A DNA stretch of 64,000 nt from an uncultured Eubacteriales bacterium (GTDB lineage: Bacteria > Bacillota > Clostridia > TANB77 > CAG-508). A program made the position numbers and the translations under genes. A model generated the notes under the pieces. The model ran no database searches, was not told the origin of the DNA, and worked only from the letters and a program-made list of their open reading frames with translations. This document shows, piece after piece, positions 20,268 to 30,040 of this stretch (position 1 is the stretch's first letter; each line of letters opens with the position of its first letter). The stretch covers positions 5,570-69,569 of the forward strand of contig CASEIX010000012.1 in the NCBI GenBank assembly GCA_949288095.1, read 5' to 3'.

Positions 20268-22664
20268 CTATTTTGCATCAGCATTTTCTTCTTCATCTTG
20301 CTTTATTTCTTTTTCTTCTTGCTTAGTATTTTCTTCTTTTAAAATGACATCATATTCAAAAACTTGAAATGTTTTTACATTCACTTTTGAAAAATCATCT
20401 TTCTCATCTTCTATTTGCGTCATCTTAAATGATGTTCTATTGGTTAATTTTAAATCTACCTTTGATAAATCTACTAATATTTTACTTGATATATCTTGTC
20501 CAATTGGTAAAGTTTTATTTTGATTATCATAGAAAATAATATTGGTATAACTTATTCCATTCATTCCTCTTTTTATATTAATTTTATATAAGTTAAATCT
20601 ATTTCCTTTATCTTTCATGTTTTCATAAATTTCATTTTCAGGATTAATATTAAAAATATTAATATTCTTAGAATCTAACTTTTCATTATCCAATATTTTA
20701 TATACTGGTAAATCATCAATAATAACAACTTTATCTAATGCCTTTTTTATATTATCTACAACTGTTTCTAAAGCCAATTTATATCCTATTTGTTTTGTAT
20801 TTTTATTTATTTCAAGGATATTAAATTTATCTTTTGCAATTTCTCTATGGTTTTTATTTGCTATTTTTGAAACTTTTCTTGCATCTTGTGACATTCCACC
20901 AAATATATCAAATTCTTCTATTTCATGTAATACATTTTCCTCTTGTGCTTCTTTTTTCAATTCTTTTAAATTGTTTTCAATTTCTTTTGGTAATACCTCA
21001 TTATTTTTTACTTTATTTAATAATGGTAAAATATTAGTTGTCGTTAGATATATACTATCTGTTTCACTTTTGGTTAAGGCTTTTCTTTCTACCTGGTCCA
21101 TGGTATTTCCAAAATCTTCTAAATCTTGATGATAATCAAATACTTTCGTTACTTTTTTAATGATATTAACTTCTTCCTCTTCTCCTTCTGCTAAAGAAGC
21201 AACTTCATCTTTATTACTATATTTCCAGAATTCAAATATACTTCTTTTATGATTATCAATTTCCTGTATAAAATTTGCTGCATTTTCTATTTTCTTTTGC
21301 ATATTTTTATTTTTTAATTTTAATGCATTGACATCCATCAATATATTTTTTAATTCTGTTTCATCTAATTCATATGCTTTATATAACTCTATTAATTCTT
21401 CTATTGTATAATTTTCCTTTTTGGTTGATGTTCTTTTGGTATCTTTTGCTTTTTCTTGCTTGGTGTTAGAAGTATTATTTTCTTTTATATTTTCTTCGTC
21501 TTTTTCTTCTAATACATTATCTTTCATTGTTTGTTTTTTGTTCTTTTTACTATATTTAAAATAATATTTAAATTTACCAAAAAATGTTTTTTTACATTCT
21601 AAGAAAGTAGATATTTGCTTTTCCTTTGCTAAATATTCTATTTCTTGCGAAGCAGCAATAATTTTTAAATTGTCTAATTTCTTTTTGTTTTCTTCTAATA
21701 GTTCACCAATTAATTCTTGTTTTTCTATTCCTACTTCATACTCATCATTTATCCATTCAGCAATATTCTCATATTCTAGTTTATAGTCATTATTATAAAA
21801 TTCTAGTTCTCCACCTTTTGTAATATTAGTTGTAAATTCAAAATAATGTGGCAATTCTGTTTGTAAAATAAACATTGCTTTTAATAATTTATAAAATTGG
21901 GTTGCTTCTACTAAACTACTAATTTTAATTTTATATGGACTTCTAATTTTTCCATATACTTCTGTTTCTCCCACAATATGAATAGATAGCTTCCCACTTT
22001 TGTCATATACTTCATAAATTAATGGCCAATCTTTTGTAAATAACCATAAATAATTTTCTAAGTCTTCAAATTCTGACTTTTTATAATATGTGTTACTATA
22101 AGTGACATTTCGAACTGGTACAAATATTTTTCCTGTTTTCTTTTTTTCTAATTGTTTCTTTAATAAAAAGAAAAATGTTGAATAATCTGTATCTTCTGTT
22201 GGAACCAACATAAAATATTGGTCTGTATCTTCTGAATAATAAATTTGCCATAAATAATTTCCTTCAAATTTTACTTTGAATGGAATCTTTTTATTTAATT
22301 TTGTTTGTTCTTCTTGCACTTTTTCTACTTCTTCTATTCTTAGTTCTTTTAACATATGTAAAAAAGTTGTATGTTTTATAAAATTTTTTTCATCTTCTGC
22401 ATCTAAATATTCAGATATTGGACTTGCTTTTTTATATTTTTCTTGTATGTCATCTAATCTATTAGTTGGTGTTAATAAAATTTGTATATCCTTAATTGGT
22501 ATATATCGATATTGTCTATATTGTTTTTCGTCATAAAATTTAGGTACTCTAAATTTTAATGGTTCATAATTTTCAAATTGGTTTTTGGCATCTTCTAAAT
22601 TTAATCCTAAATAGTCCAATTTTTCTTTGATTTCATCTATTTTTTCTCCTGTTTTCTTTGGCAA
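20268..22664 (-). CDS. large (798 aa) hypothetical protein, no recognisable domain
   Basis: long uninterrupted ORF starting 14 nt after the deacetylase stop; K/E-rich coiled-coil centre between two globular halves. Confidence 0.7.
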   Translation of the reverse strand: MPKKTGEKIDEIKEKLDYLGLNLEDAKNQFENYEPLKFRVPKFYDEKQYRQYRYIPIKDIQILLTPTNRLDDIQEKYKKASPISEYLDAEDEKNFIKHTTFLHMLKELRIEEVEKVQEEQTKLNKKIPFKVKFEGNYLWQIYYSEDTDQYFMLVPTEDTDYSTFFFLLKKQLEKKKTGKIFVPVRNVTYSNTYYKKSEFEDLENYLWLFTKDWPLIYEVYDKSGKLSIHIVGETEVYGKIRSPYKIKISSLVEATQFYKLLKAMFILQTELPHYFEFTTNITKGGELEFYNNDYKLEYENIAEWINDEYEVGIEKQELIGELLEENKKKLDNLKIIAASQEIEYLAKEKQISTFLECKKTFFGKFKYYFKYSKKNKKQTMKDNVLEEKDEENIKENNTSNTKQEKAKDTKRTSTKKENYTIEELIELYKAYELDETELKNILMDVNALKLKNKNMQKKIENAANFIQEIDNHKRSIFEFWKYSNKDEVASLAEGEEEEVNIIKKVTKVFDYHQDLEDFGNTMDQVERKALTKSETDSIYLTTTNILPLLNKVKNNEVLPKEIENNLKELKKEAQEENVLHEIEEFDIFGGMSQDARKVSKIANKNHREIAKDKFNILEINKNTKQIGYKLALETVVDNIKKALDKVVIIDDLPVYKILDNEKLDSKNINIFNINPENEIYENMKDKGNRFNLYKINIKRGMNGISYTNIIFYDNQNKTLPIGQDISSKILVDLSKVDLKLTNRTSFKMTQIEDEKDDFSKVNVKTFQVFEYDVILKEENTKQEEKEIKQDEEENADAK

Positions 22665-22678
22665 AACAATTCTCCTCT

Positions 22679-23581
22679 CTATTTAATGATTTCATAAAAA
22701 TTCTTAAATTCATATCCTTGCCCTTGTAAATAATCAATAATACTTGATAAAGCTTCTACAGTTACTTTTTTAGCTTGTGCATCATGCATTAATATTACCA
22801 CACTTTGCTTATTTCCTACAGTTTCTTGTATTCGTTGCATTTCATATTCGATGGTAGGACTTGTCGTTTCAGAGTCTCCATTTAGTGCATTCCAGTCGAC
22901 ATGTACAATATTATTTTGTAATAATAAATCATTTGCCTGATTTTTTATATCTGCATATTTTCCTCCTACCAATCCACCTGGGAATCGGAATACATGTGAA
23001 TTATATTCTTGTTCTCCAATAGCATCTCTAACCAATTGATTACATTTGTTATATTCATCTAATACTGCTTGTGGTGTTTGATAAATGGTTTCATATACAT
23101 GTGAATATCCATGATTAGCAATAAAATGTCCTTCATCATACATTCTCTTTACGACTTCCGGCTTTTTCTCAACATTTGAACCTAATACAAAAAAAGTTGC
23201 TTTAATTCCTTTTTCATTTAGTATATCCAAAATTCGATTCGTATTGTTAGATGGTCCATCATCAAATGTTAAAAAAGCACGTTTGGTATCAGAACTATAT
23301 ATATGATTCATATTTTCTATTCCAGCTTCTGTTAACTTTGGTAATTTTTCTTGTCTTTTTCTCTCTAGTTCTTCCTGCTCTTTTATAAGTGCTTCCTGGT
23401 ATTGTTGATAGGCTAATTCATATTCTGCATTTGACTTCATGATTTTAGCACAATTTATCCATGTAACAATAATTCCTATAACCATTAGCACCATAATAAC
23501 TACCATTAATGTCTTTTCTTTTGTAGTAAATCTAAATTTTGCAGGTACTAAAGCCATATTTTTCTCTTCCTTCATTTTCAT
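22679..23581 (-). CDS. polysaccharide deacetylase (NodB/CE4 family), membrane anchored
   Basis: TFDDGP and HGYSH motifs; N-terminal TM. Confidence 0.85.
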   Translation of the reverse strand: MKMKEEKNMALVPAKFRFTTKEKTLMVVIMVLMVIGIIVTWINCAKIMKSNAEYELAYQQYQEALIKEQEELERKRQEKLPKLTEAGIENMNHIYSSDTKRAFLTFDDGPSNNTNRILDILNEKGIKATFFVLGSNVEKKPEVVKRMYDEGHFIANHGYSHVYETIYQTPQAVLDEYNKCNQLVRDAIGEQEYNSHVFRFPGGLVGGKYADIKNQANDLLLQNNIVHVDWNALNGDSETTSPTIEYEMQRIQETVGNKQSVVILMHDAQAKKVTVEALSSIIDYLQGQGYEFKNFYEIIK

Positions 23582-23729
23582 TTTCCTATAATTTTGTATT
23601 TTATTTTAAATTTTTTCTATTTTTCGTTTATATTATATACTATTTTGTCAAAAAATTGTATAGGAATAGAAAAAAACTTTGATAAATTTACATGATTTAT
23701 CAAAGTTTTTCATTTATCTCCATTTTATG

Positions 23730-25313
23730 TTACTTTTTCATAACAGATTTTAAGTATTCTACTTCCTCATCTACTTTTAATCTCATGAAAATAGGTTCTC
23801 CTTTTTCAATTACCTTCATATCTTTTAAAGTATCATATGCATAGATGTCATTCCATCTAACACTATCAACATCTGTTATACCAATTTGTCTTAAAATATT
23901 ATTGGCTGTATCTGTCATAAATGGCTTAATTAAAATTGCAATTTTTCTTAAATTTTCAATTAAATGATACATTGCAGATTTTAATTCCTCTGTTTTTTCT
24001 TCTTTGGCTAAGGTCCAAGGCATTGTTTCATCAATATATTTATTGGTTCTTGCAATTAAATCCCATATTTCTTGTAAAGCACTTGCGATTTCGTATTCAT
24101 TTAATTTTTCCTCGAACTTTTTGATTTTTTCTGTAGAATAGTCTTCTAATTCTTTATCTACTGCATTTGGTGTTCCATTATACTCTGGAACATGTCCTTC
24201 AAAATATTTATTTACCATTGATACAGTTCTATTAACTAAATTACTTAAATCATTGCATAAATCAAAGTTATATCTTTCAACAAATGCTTCTGGTGAAAAG
24301 ATTCCATCTTGACCTACTGGCATTTCTCTAAGTAAGAAATATCTAGTTGGATCTAGTCCATATCTATCAATTAAGGTTTCTGGATAAATTACATTTCCTT
24401 TTGATTTTGACATTTTACCGTCTTTCATCATAATCCAGTTGTGAACCAAAATGGTTTTTGGTAATGGTAAATCTAATGCCATTAAGAATATTGGCCAATA
24501 AATTAAATGGAATCTAGCAATATCTTTTCCAACAATTTGTAAATCTGCTGGCCAGTATTTTTGGAATAATGTATCATCATCTGACATATATCCTAAGGCT
24601 GTTAAATAGTTTGTTAAGGCATCTAACCATACATAAATCACATGTTTTGGATCTTTTAATACTTTAATTCCCCAATCAAAACTTGTTCTTGTAACACATA
24701 AATCCTCTAGTCCTGGTTTGATAAAGTTATTTATCATTTCATTTTTTCGAAATGCTGGTTTAATAAAATCAGGATGTTCATCATAATATTTTACTAATCT
24801 GTCTACATATTTCTTCATGTTAAAGAAATATGCTTCTTCTTTCATTAATTTGACTTCTCTGCCACAATCTGGACATTTTCCATCTACTAATTGCGTTTCT
24901 GTAAAATAGGTCTCACATGGTACACAATACCAACCTTCATATTCTCCTTTATAAATGTCTCCTTGTTCCATAAATCTGTCAAATATTTTTTGAACAATTT
25001 TGGTATGTCTTTCTTCTGTTGTTTGAATGAAGTCATCATAATGGACACCCATTTTGGCCCATAATTCTTTTGCTTGTTCAGCCATTTCATCCACATATTC
25101 TTTTGGTTCTTTACCATTTTTTTCAGCTATTCCTTGAATTTTTTGTCCATGCTCATCTGTTCCTGTAAGCATATATGCATCTTCACCTTTTAATTGATGA
25201 TATCTTTTCAAAGAGTCTGCTAATACGGTTGTATAGGCTGTTCCTATATGAAATTTTCCACTTGGATAATAAATTGGTGTTGTTACATAAAATTTATTGT
25301 TCAAAATCTTCAT
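23730..25313 (-). CDS. metG: methionine--tRNA ligase (short form)
   Basis: HIGTAY (HIGH), zinc knuckle CVPCETY...CPDCG, KMSKS. Confidence 0.95.
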   Translation of the reverse strand: MKILNNKFYVTTPIYYPSGKFHIGTAYTTVLADSLKRYHQLKGEDAYMLTGTDEHGQKIQGIAEKNGKEPKEYVDEMAEQAKELWAKMGVHYDDFIQTTEERHTKIVQKIFDRFMEQGDIYKGEYEGWYCVPCETYFTETQLVDGKCPDCGREVKLMKEEAYFFNMKKYVDRLVKYYDEHPDFIKPAFRKNEMINNFIKPGLEDLCVTRTSFDWGIKVLKDPKHVIYVWLDALTNYLTALGYMSDDDTLFQKYWPADLQIVGKDIARFHLIYWPIFLMALDLPLPKTILVHNWIMMKDGKMSKSKGNVIYPETLIDRYGLDPTRYFLLREMPVGQDGIFSPEAFVERYNFDLCNDLSNLVNRTVSMVNKYFEGHVPEYNGTPNAVDKELEDYSTEKIKKFEEKLNEYEIASALQEIWDLIARTNKYIDETMPWTLAKEEKTEELKSAMYHLIENLRKIAILIKPFMTDTANNILRQIGITDVDSVRWNDIYAYDTLKDMKVIEKGEPIFMRLKVDEEVEYLKSVMKK

Positions 25314-25440
25314 CTCCCTTATTTTTCTAATACATGCAATTTTAATTCTATTTTCATTTTTGCATACTTTTTTTCTTTTATTGTTTACAAAATTTACAAA
25401 TATATTATCATAAATTTAGGAAAAAGTCTATATTGGTTAC

Positions 25441-25476
25441 ATAAAAATATGATGTGCTCACTTTTACACATCATAT
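25441..25476 (-). terminator. rho-independent terminator after the prepilin-type protein gene
   Basis: stem ATATGATGTG/CACATCATAT followed by a T-tract on the minus strand. Confidence 0.7.
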
Positions 25477-25487
25477 TTCTTATATTT

Positions 25488-26798
25488 TTATTTTAAATTC
25501 CACATTGTTTCTCCATTGTATTCTGTACTTGAACTTGTATCTATGACATTAGATTTTAAAGTTACTATAGGTCGAACTGCACAAGCATCGTTCGTAAACT
25601 CGCGCAAGTTCGAACTAAGACCCCAGCAAAAGTAGTTAGAGTTCGTGTAGCTGCCAACCACACGGCGCACATAGAAGCTGCTGCTGCTTGAACTAGCATC
25701 GATACAACAAGAGGCTAACCAATAATTTCCATTAAATAACATACTTTGTACATCTGTATTTTCTATTTTAGTCTTACTGTAGAGATAATAAGTATATTGT
25801 AAATTTTTTACTCCTGCCAAGCTTGAATTTCCATTTGATGTAGTTATTGTTGGATAATATACATTTGTTGTTGGATTTGTTCTACTTCCATAATTGCTAT
25901 CTAATGTTGTATAGTCTGCTTCTGTAATTCCTGCTTGTTTATTTATATCTTCTATGGTTATACTTCTTGCTCCTGAATCTGTTATTTCTCCTGTTAAATC
26001 TCCATCTAGTGGTCCTCCATAGCTATATTTTGTTACTTGTGATGTATCTGCTCCATATCCATATCCATATATTTTACATATTTCATTTAATTCTTGTTCT
26101 GCATATAAATATCCTATTGCTCCATTCATTGTAAAGTTTTCACCTACATCTGTTGTTATAGGATTTTCTGATATTAATGTTACTGTTCCATTCCCTATAT
26201 CTAATACTCTCCATTTTGTACTTGTTGTTGCAGTGAATTTTTGTCCTCCACCTTCTTCTGTACTTGTATATCCATTCCCATGTTCTGTTCCAGTTCCTGT
26301 TGGTGATGTATATGTTAATTTACTTGCCTCTACTTGGGTTCCACTTTTATCTGATACTGTTGGGTTATAATTTATATAGTCTCCTACTCCAACATATTTT
26401 GATATATCTACATATTCACTTACATTTCCATTTTCATCTATTACATAGCTTCTTCCACTATCTGTATAAGTTACTACAAATGGTGCTGTTTCTGTTTCTG
26501 ATAATGTATAATCTGTTCCTTCTGTTCCTATATAATTAGTAAGTTCTTTATTTAAGTTTGTCCTTGTGATTTCTCCTCCGTTATTTTCTGCTATCGCTCC
26601 TGTTGCTGATAATTTTACTTTTTCTTGTTCATCTCCTATTTCTGTTTGTTCACTTGCTTGGCTCGCCTTTGTTAAAATCCCATTATCTCCTGTTAATGTT
26701 GCTATTGTTACACCTGCTAATATTAACAATACAATAATAGTGATTACCAATGCTATTAATGTGATTCCATTATTTGTTTGTTTTCCTTTGTTTCTCAT
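25488..26798 (-). CDS. prepilin-type N-terminal domain protein with C-terminal lectin-like (DUF1566-like) end
   Basis: MRNKGKQTNNG/ITLIALVITIIVLLILAGV pseudopilin leader and hydrophobic helix; C-terminus NYWLAS...AVRPIV; ATG 26798 follows GGGAG. Confidence 0.75.
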   Translation of the reverse strand: MRNKGKQTNNGITLIALVITIIVLLILAGVTIATLTGDNGILTKASQASEQTEIGDEQEKVKLSATGAIAENNGGEITRTNLNKELTNYIGTEGTDYTLSETETAPFVVTYTDSGRSYVIDENGNVSEYVDISKYVGVGDYINYNPTVSDKSGTQVEASKLTYTSPTGTGTEHGNGYTSTEEGGGQKFTATTSTKWRVLDIGNGTVTLISENPITTDVGENFTMNGAIGYLYAEQELNEICKIYGYGYGADTSQVTKYSYGGPLDGDLTGEITDSGARSITIEDINKQAGITEADYTTLDSNYGSRTNPTTNVYYPTITTSNGNSSLAGVKNLQYTYYLYSKTKIENTDVQSMLFNGNYWLASCCIDASSSSSSFYVRRVVGSYTNSNYFCWGLSSNLREFTNDACAVRPIVTLKSNVIDTSSSTEYNGETMWNLK

Positions 26799-26932
26799 AA
26801 AAATCTCCCTTCTTTTGTTATTAATATTTTTCGTAAATAGTATTTGCACTTTTCTGTTTCCTAAACATCTATATTATATATTTTTAATCTATTTATTGAT
26901 TACTATTTACAATTCAGCTCTCCGATACTTTT

Positions 26933-26961
26933 ATTGTACTTATTTTGTCGAAATAAGTCAA
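26933..26961 (-). promoter_or_regulatory. sigma-A promoter of the prepilin-type protein gene
   Basis: minus strand TTGACT, 17-nt spacer, TACAAT. Confidence 0.55.
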
Positions 26962-26999
26962 TATATTATCGTATTTTACTTCTTGTTTCTTACTTAGAT

Positions 27000-27015
27000 T
27001 TCAATACTCTAAGAA
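27000..27015. repeat. left arm of a 16-bp perfect inverted repeat (TTCAATACTCTAAGAA)
   Basis: exact reverse complement of 27181-27196; 21 of 23 match if extended outward. Confidence 0.8.
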
Positions 27016-27135
27016 TTTATATTAGTGTAGAAACTATTGATATATAGATTTTTTTGGTTTTTAACATTATCCAAAATTTATTAAATCTTTTAAAATTTTC
27101 GGATATATTTTTTATACTTTTTTAATATATTTTTA

Positions 27136-27164
27136 TTGACTTTGCTACTTTTTATTGCTAAAAT
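27136..27164 (+). promoter_or_regulatory. sigma-A-like promoter inside the inverted-repeat-bounded segment
   Basis: TTGACT, 17-nt spacer, TAAAAT; currently reads away from the prepilin-type gene, into a hairpin plus T-run at 27174-27219. Confidence 0.45.
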
Positions 27165-27180
27165 TGAGATGTAAAAAATC

Positions 27181-27196
27181 TTCTTAGAGTATTGAA
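27181..27196. repeat. right arm of the 16-bp inverted repeat
   Basis: TTCTTAGAGTATTGAA; also part of the local hairpin AAAATCTTCTTA/TAAGAAGATTTT. Confidence 0.8.
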
Positions 27197-27298
27197 CTTT
27201 AAGAAGATTTTATTTTTTTACAAACAAAAACAGTATAGATTCTATTCTCTATAATGCTTATTTTTATACTACATCTTTTTTTGCAAATTAAACTATTA

Positions 27299-27547
27299 CT
27301 ATATATTTTTAGATTTTAGAACTTTCTTTATATATTTAAAAATGATAAAAATTATAATATTTATAGCTAAACATATCAGTAATTCTAAAAGTTTATATGA
27401 TAAATTAAAATTAACTATCTTTAGAATGATTGATAAAATTAATCCAATTGTGCAAAATATTAAAAAGTTACTATATTTAAAATGTTGTTTTGTACAAGTT
27501 TTTAATATTATTTTTGCTAGACCTACTGATGCAATGGAAAATACCAT
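27299..27547 (-). CDS. small hydrophobic protein (82 aa); possibly the 3' part of a frameshifted gene
   Basis: three predicted TM segments and no RBS of its own; the upstream overlapping frame has GAGGAG then ATG at 27638. Confidence 0.3.
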   Translation of the reverse strand: MVFSIASVGLAKIILKTCTKQHFKYSNFLIFCTIGLILSIILKIVNFNLSYKLLELLICLAINIIIFIIFKYIKKVLKSKNI

Positions 27548-27725
27548 AAGGAATAAATATCCGTTTATTCCGAATTTCTGCTACATACCCAAAGAAAGTA
27601 CTGGTCTCTCTCATTATACTAATTATATTCTTTCTCATTATAATTATTTCTCCTCTTAAAATATTAATATCTTTAATTCTATTATAGTATTCATTTAAAA
27701 TCAATATTAATTCTGCTATTAAGAC

Positions 27726-27757
27726 AAAAAAATAGATATGTTATCATAACATATCTA
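27726..27757 (-). terminator. terminator after the PBP gene
   Basis: palindrome TAGATATGT..ACATATCTA followed by T7 on the minus strand. Confidence 0.65.
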
Positions 27758-27850
27758 CTATTAAATAAATTAATATAGTGGAAATAGTCGGTTCTGATAC
27801 TTTACCTCTTAATATCACTATTATATAAAATTTCGTTTTTATTTAAATCC

Positions 27851-29869
27851 TTATTCAAATAAAGTTCTAATCATTTTGATTAAATAATGGCTTCCTCCCT
27901 CAGTATTATCTTGAACATTTTCTACCATACTGATAACTAATATATCATTCTCTCCTTGATCTGTTGTAAAACAATCAAACCATCCTAATGTTCCACTTTC
28001 ATTATCTTCTTTATCTGTTTTTAATTCTGCTGTTCCTGTTTTTCCTGCAATAGTAACACCATTTACTTTCATGTCATTTGCTGAACCACGTTCCACTACT
28101 TGAATTAAATCTTCTTTTATTGTATTTGCTGCTTCTTCTGAGAAAGCATTTTCAATTAAATATTCTGGCGTCTTATCTTCTTTGTATTCAATGTATGGTT
28201 TTACCATATTTCCATTGTTATAGAAACTTGAGTACATAGATGCCATATGAATTGGGTTTATCAATAAATTTCCTTGACCAAATCCAGTATCTGCTAATTT
28301 TCCATCTGAATTAATTCCATCTTCATTTGCATATTGTGATGTTGCAAGTGATAATGGGAATTCTAACTGTTTATTAAATCCGATTTTATCTAGGCTTTCT
28401 GTAAATTTACTTGTTCCAATTCTTAAAGCTGTTTGTGCAAAATAGATATTGTCTGAATACATTAATCCATTTAATAAATTCTTAGGTCCATTATATGCTG
28501 TTAATGTTGTTACTCTATAATCTCCCCATGAAGAATCTTTTTGCCAACTGGTTCCTGTATATCCAAAGTCTTCATCTGCTGTAATACTTCCTGTTGTTAA
28601 TCCAATCGCACCTGTAATTGCCTTAAAGGTTGAACCTGGACAATACTTTTGAATAAATCTATTATATAAAGGTTTTGCTTCATCATTATTCAAGGCATTC
28701 CATTGATCTGTTGTCATTCCTAATGTAAAATCATTTGAATCAAATGTTGGTGTACTAACTAAAGCTAATAATTCTCCTGTACCTGGTTTCATCACAACAA
28801 ATAATCCTTTGTCATTTTTTAGTTGTTCATATAGTTTTGTTTGAATATCACTATCAATTGTAAGGGTAATATCTTCTCCATCTTTTTGTGCTTGCTGTGC
28901 TAAAGTTTGTACCTCATTTCCATCTGCATCTTCTATATAAATTCTAACACCATCTGTTCCTCTTAATCTATCTTCATAGGCTGCTTCTAATCCAGATTTT
29001 CCAATTAAACTTGTAGAACTATATCCTTTATCTGCATATTTTTCCAATTCTTCTGCATTGATTGCTTGCACATATCCAATTAAATGTCCTGCTTCTTCGC
29101 CTAATGGATAGACTCTTCCTTCTGCATCATTTATCATAATTCCTGGAATTTGTAATAATTGTTCTTTTAATTCCGTGTCATCTTTTGCTACCTTTCTAAT
29201 TGGTACAAATGTATCATCTTTTACATAAGAAGCTGATAAATAATTGTTAATCGTTTCTACTGACACACCTGTTAATTCTGATATTTTACTAATATTTTCT
29301 TCTCGATTATCACCTAATTTTCCTGGCACAATCCCTACTTGTGATATAGTGCCATCATAGGCAAGTTTATTTCCGTTTCTATCTAAGATACTTCCTCTTT
29401 TTCCACTTAATGTTTCTACTCTTACTTTGTAATCTCTTCGTAACTCAGGAAAAATTAAACTTGATGACCATTCTAGTTTATATGTTTTATCCTCTTTTAC
29501 TAAATATGCTTCATTATCAAAACTAATATTTCCTGCTGAAGTTACCATTTCTTCACTATATGATACTTTTTTCTTGTTATTTTCATTGGTTACTTCTTTT
29601 ATATTTATTTTAATATTGCTACTGTCAATTCCTTCATAAATATTTTCGTTTCGTGTTACAAAATCTTCTTGACTAATACTTTCTTTTGATGAACTACTTA
29701 AATATGTATACATCTCTTCATATTTTTTGTCATTAATAGCTGAAAAATATGAATTTAAAACCTCTTCTGGTTTTTCTTTTGGCATGTTCATGATGATGAT
29801 TCCTGCTACGATCGCCACAATTAGTATGACTGCAATGATGATTCCGATAATTACTTTTTTATTTTTCAT
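27851..29869 (-). CDS. class B penicillin-binding protein with NTF2-like MecA_N N-terminal domain
   Basis: STFK, SDN and KTGT motifs; N-terminus YFSAINDKKYEEMYTYLSSSSKESISQEDF typical of the MecA_N domain. Confidence 0.9.
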   Translation of the reverse strand: MKNKKVIIGIIIAVILIVAIVAGIIIMNMPKEKPEEVLNSYFSAINDKKYEEMYTYLSSSSKESISQEDFVTRNENIYEGIDSSNIKINIKEVTNENNKKKVSYSEEMVTSAGNISFDNEAYLVKEDKTYKLEWSSSLIFPELRRDYKVRVETLSGKRGSILDRNGNKLAYDGTISQVGIVPGKLGDNREENISKISELTGVSVETINNYLSASYVKDDTFVPIRKVAKDDTELKEQLLQIPGIMINDAEGRVYPLGEEAGHLIGYVQAINAEELEKYADKGYSSTSLIGKSGLEAAYEDRLRGTDGVRIYIEDADGNEVQTLAQQAQKDGEDITLTIDSDIQTKLYEQLKNDKGLFVVMKPGTGELLALVSTPTFDSNDFTLGMTTDQWNALNNDEAKPLYNRFIQKYCPGSTFKAITGAIGLTTGSITADEDFGYTGTSWQKDSSWGDYRVTTLTAYNGPKNLLNGLMYSDNIYFAQTALRIGTSKFTESLDKIGFNKQLEFPLSLATSQYANEDGINSDGKLADTGFGQGNLLINPIHMASMYSSFYNNGNMVKPYIEYKEDKTPEYLIENAFSEEAANTIKEDLIQVVERGSANDMKVNGVTIAGKTGTAELKTDKEDNESGTLGWFDCFTTDQGENDILVISMVENVQDNTEGGSHYLIKMIRTLFE

Positions 29870-30040
29870 ATTGATTCCTCCTCTTAGGATATCTTTTTAC
29901 TAAAATAGGTTTTTTAAGAATTTACATTGTTTAATGTTGTCCTCCATGCACTAATATATACTAATTCTTCTTCCCATTTCGACATTATTATACCACTTCT
30001 TTCACTTTTTTACAGTAATTTTTTCTAGTTTTATATATTT

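Noticed and set aside
27299-27704. Two overlapping small minus-strand ORFs considered as a real two-gene unit or small toxin
   Set aside because: Only the upstream frame has an RBS (ATG 27638). The downstream frame opens just after a TAG and has none. This is most simply a frameshifted or decayed small membrane gene. No family is recognisable, so it is reported only as a low-confidence feature.
29922-29937. Possible BlaI operator upstream of the PBP gene (TTTACATTGTTTAATGT)
   Set aside because: Only one half-site (TTACA) matches the TTACA-NN-TGTAA dyads seen at 33922-33957. The palindrome ACATT-N4-AATGT has different spacing, so the evidence is insufficient.
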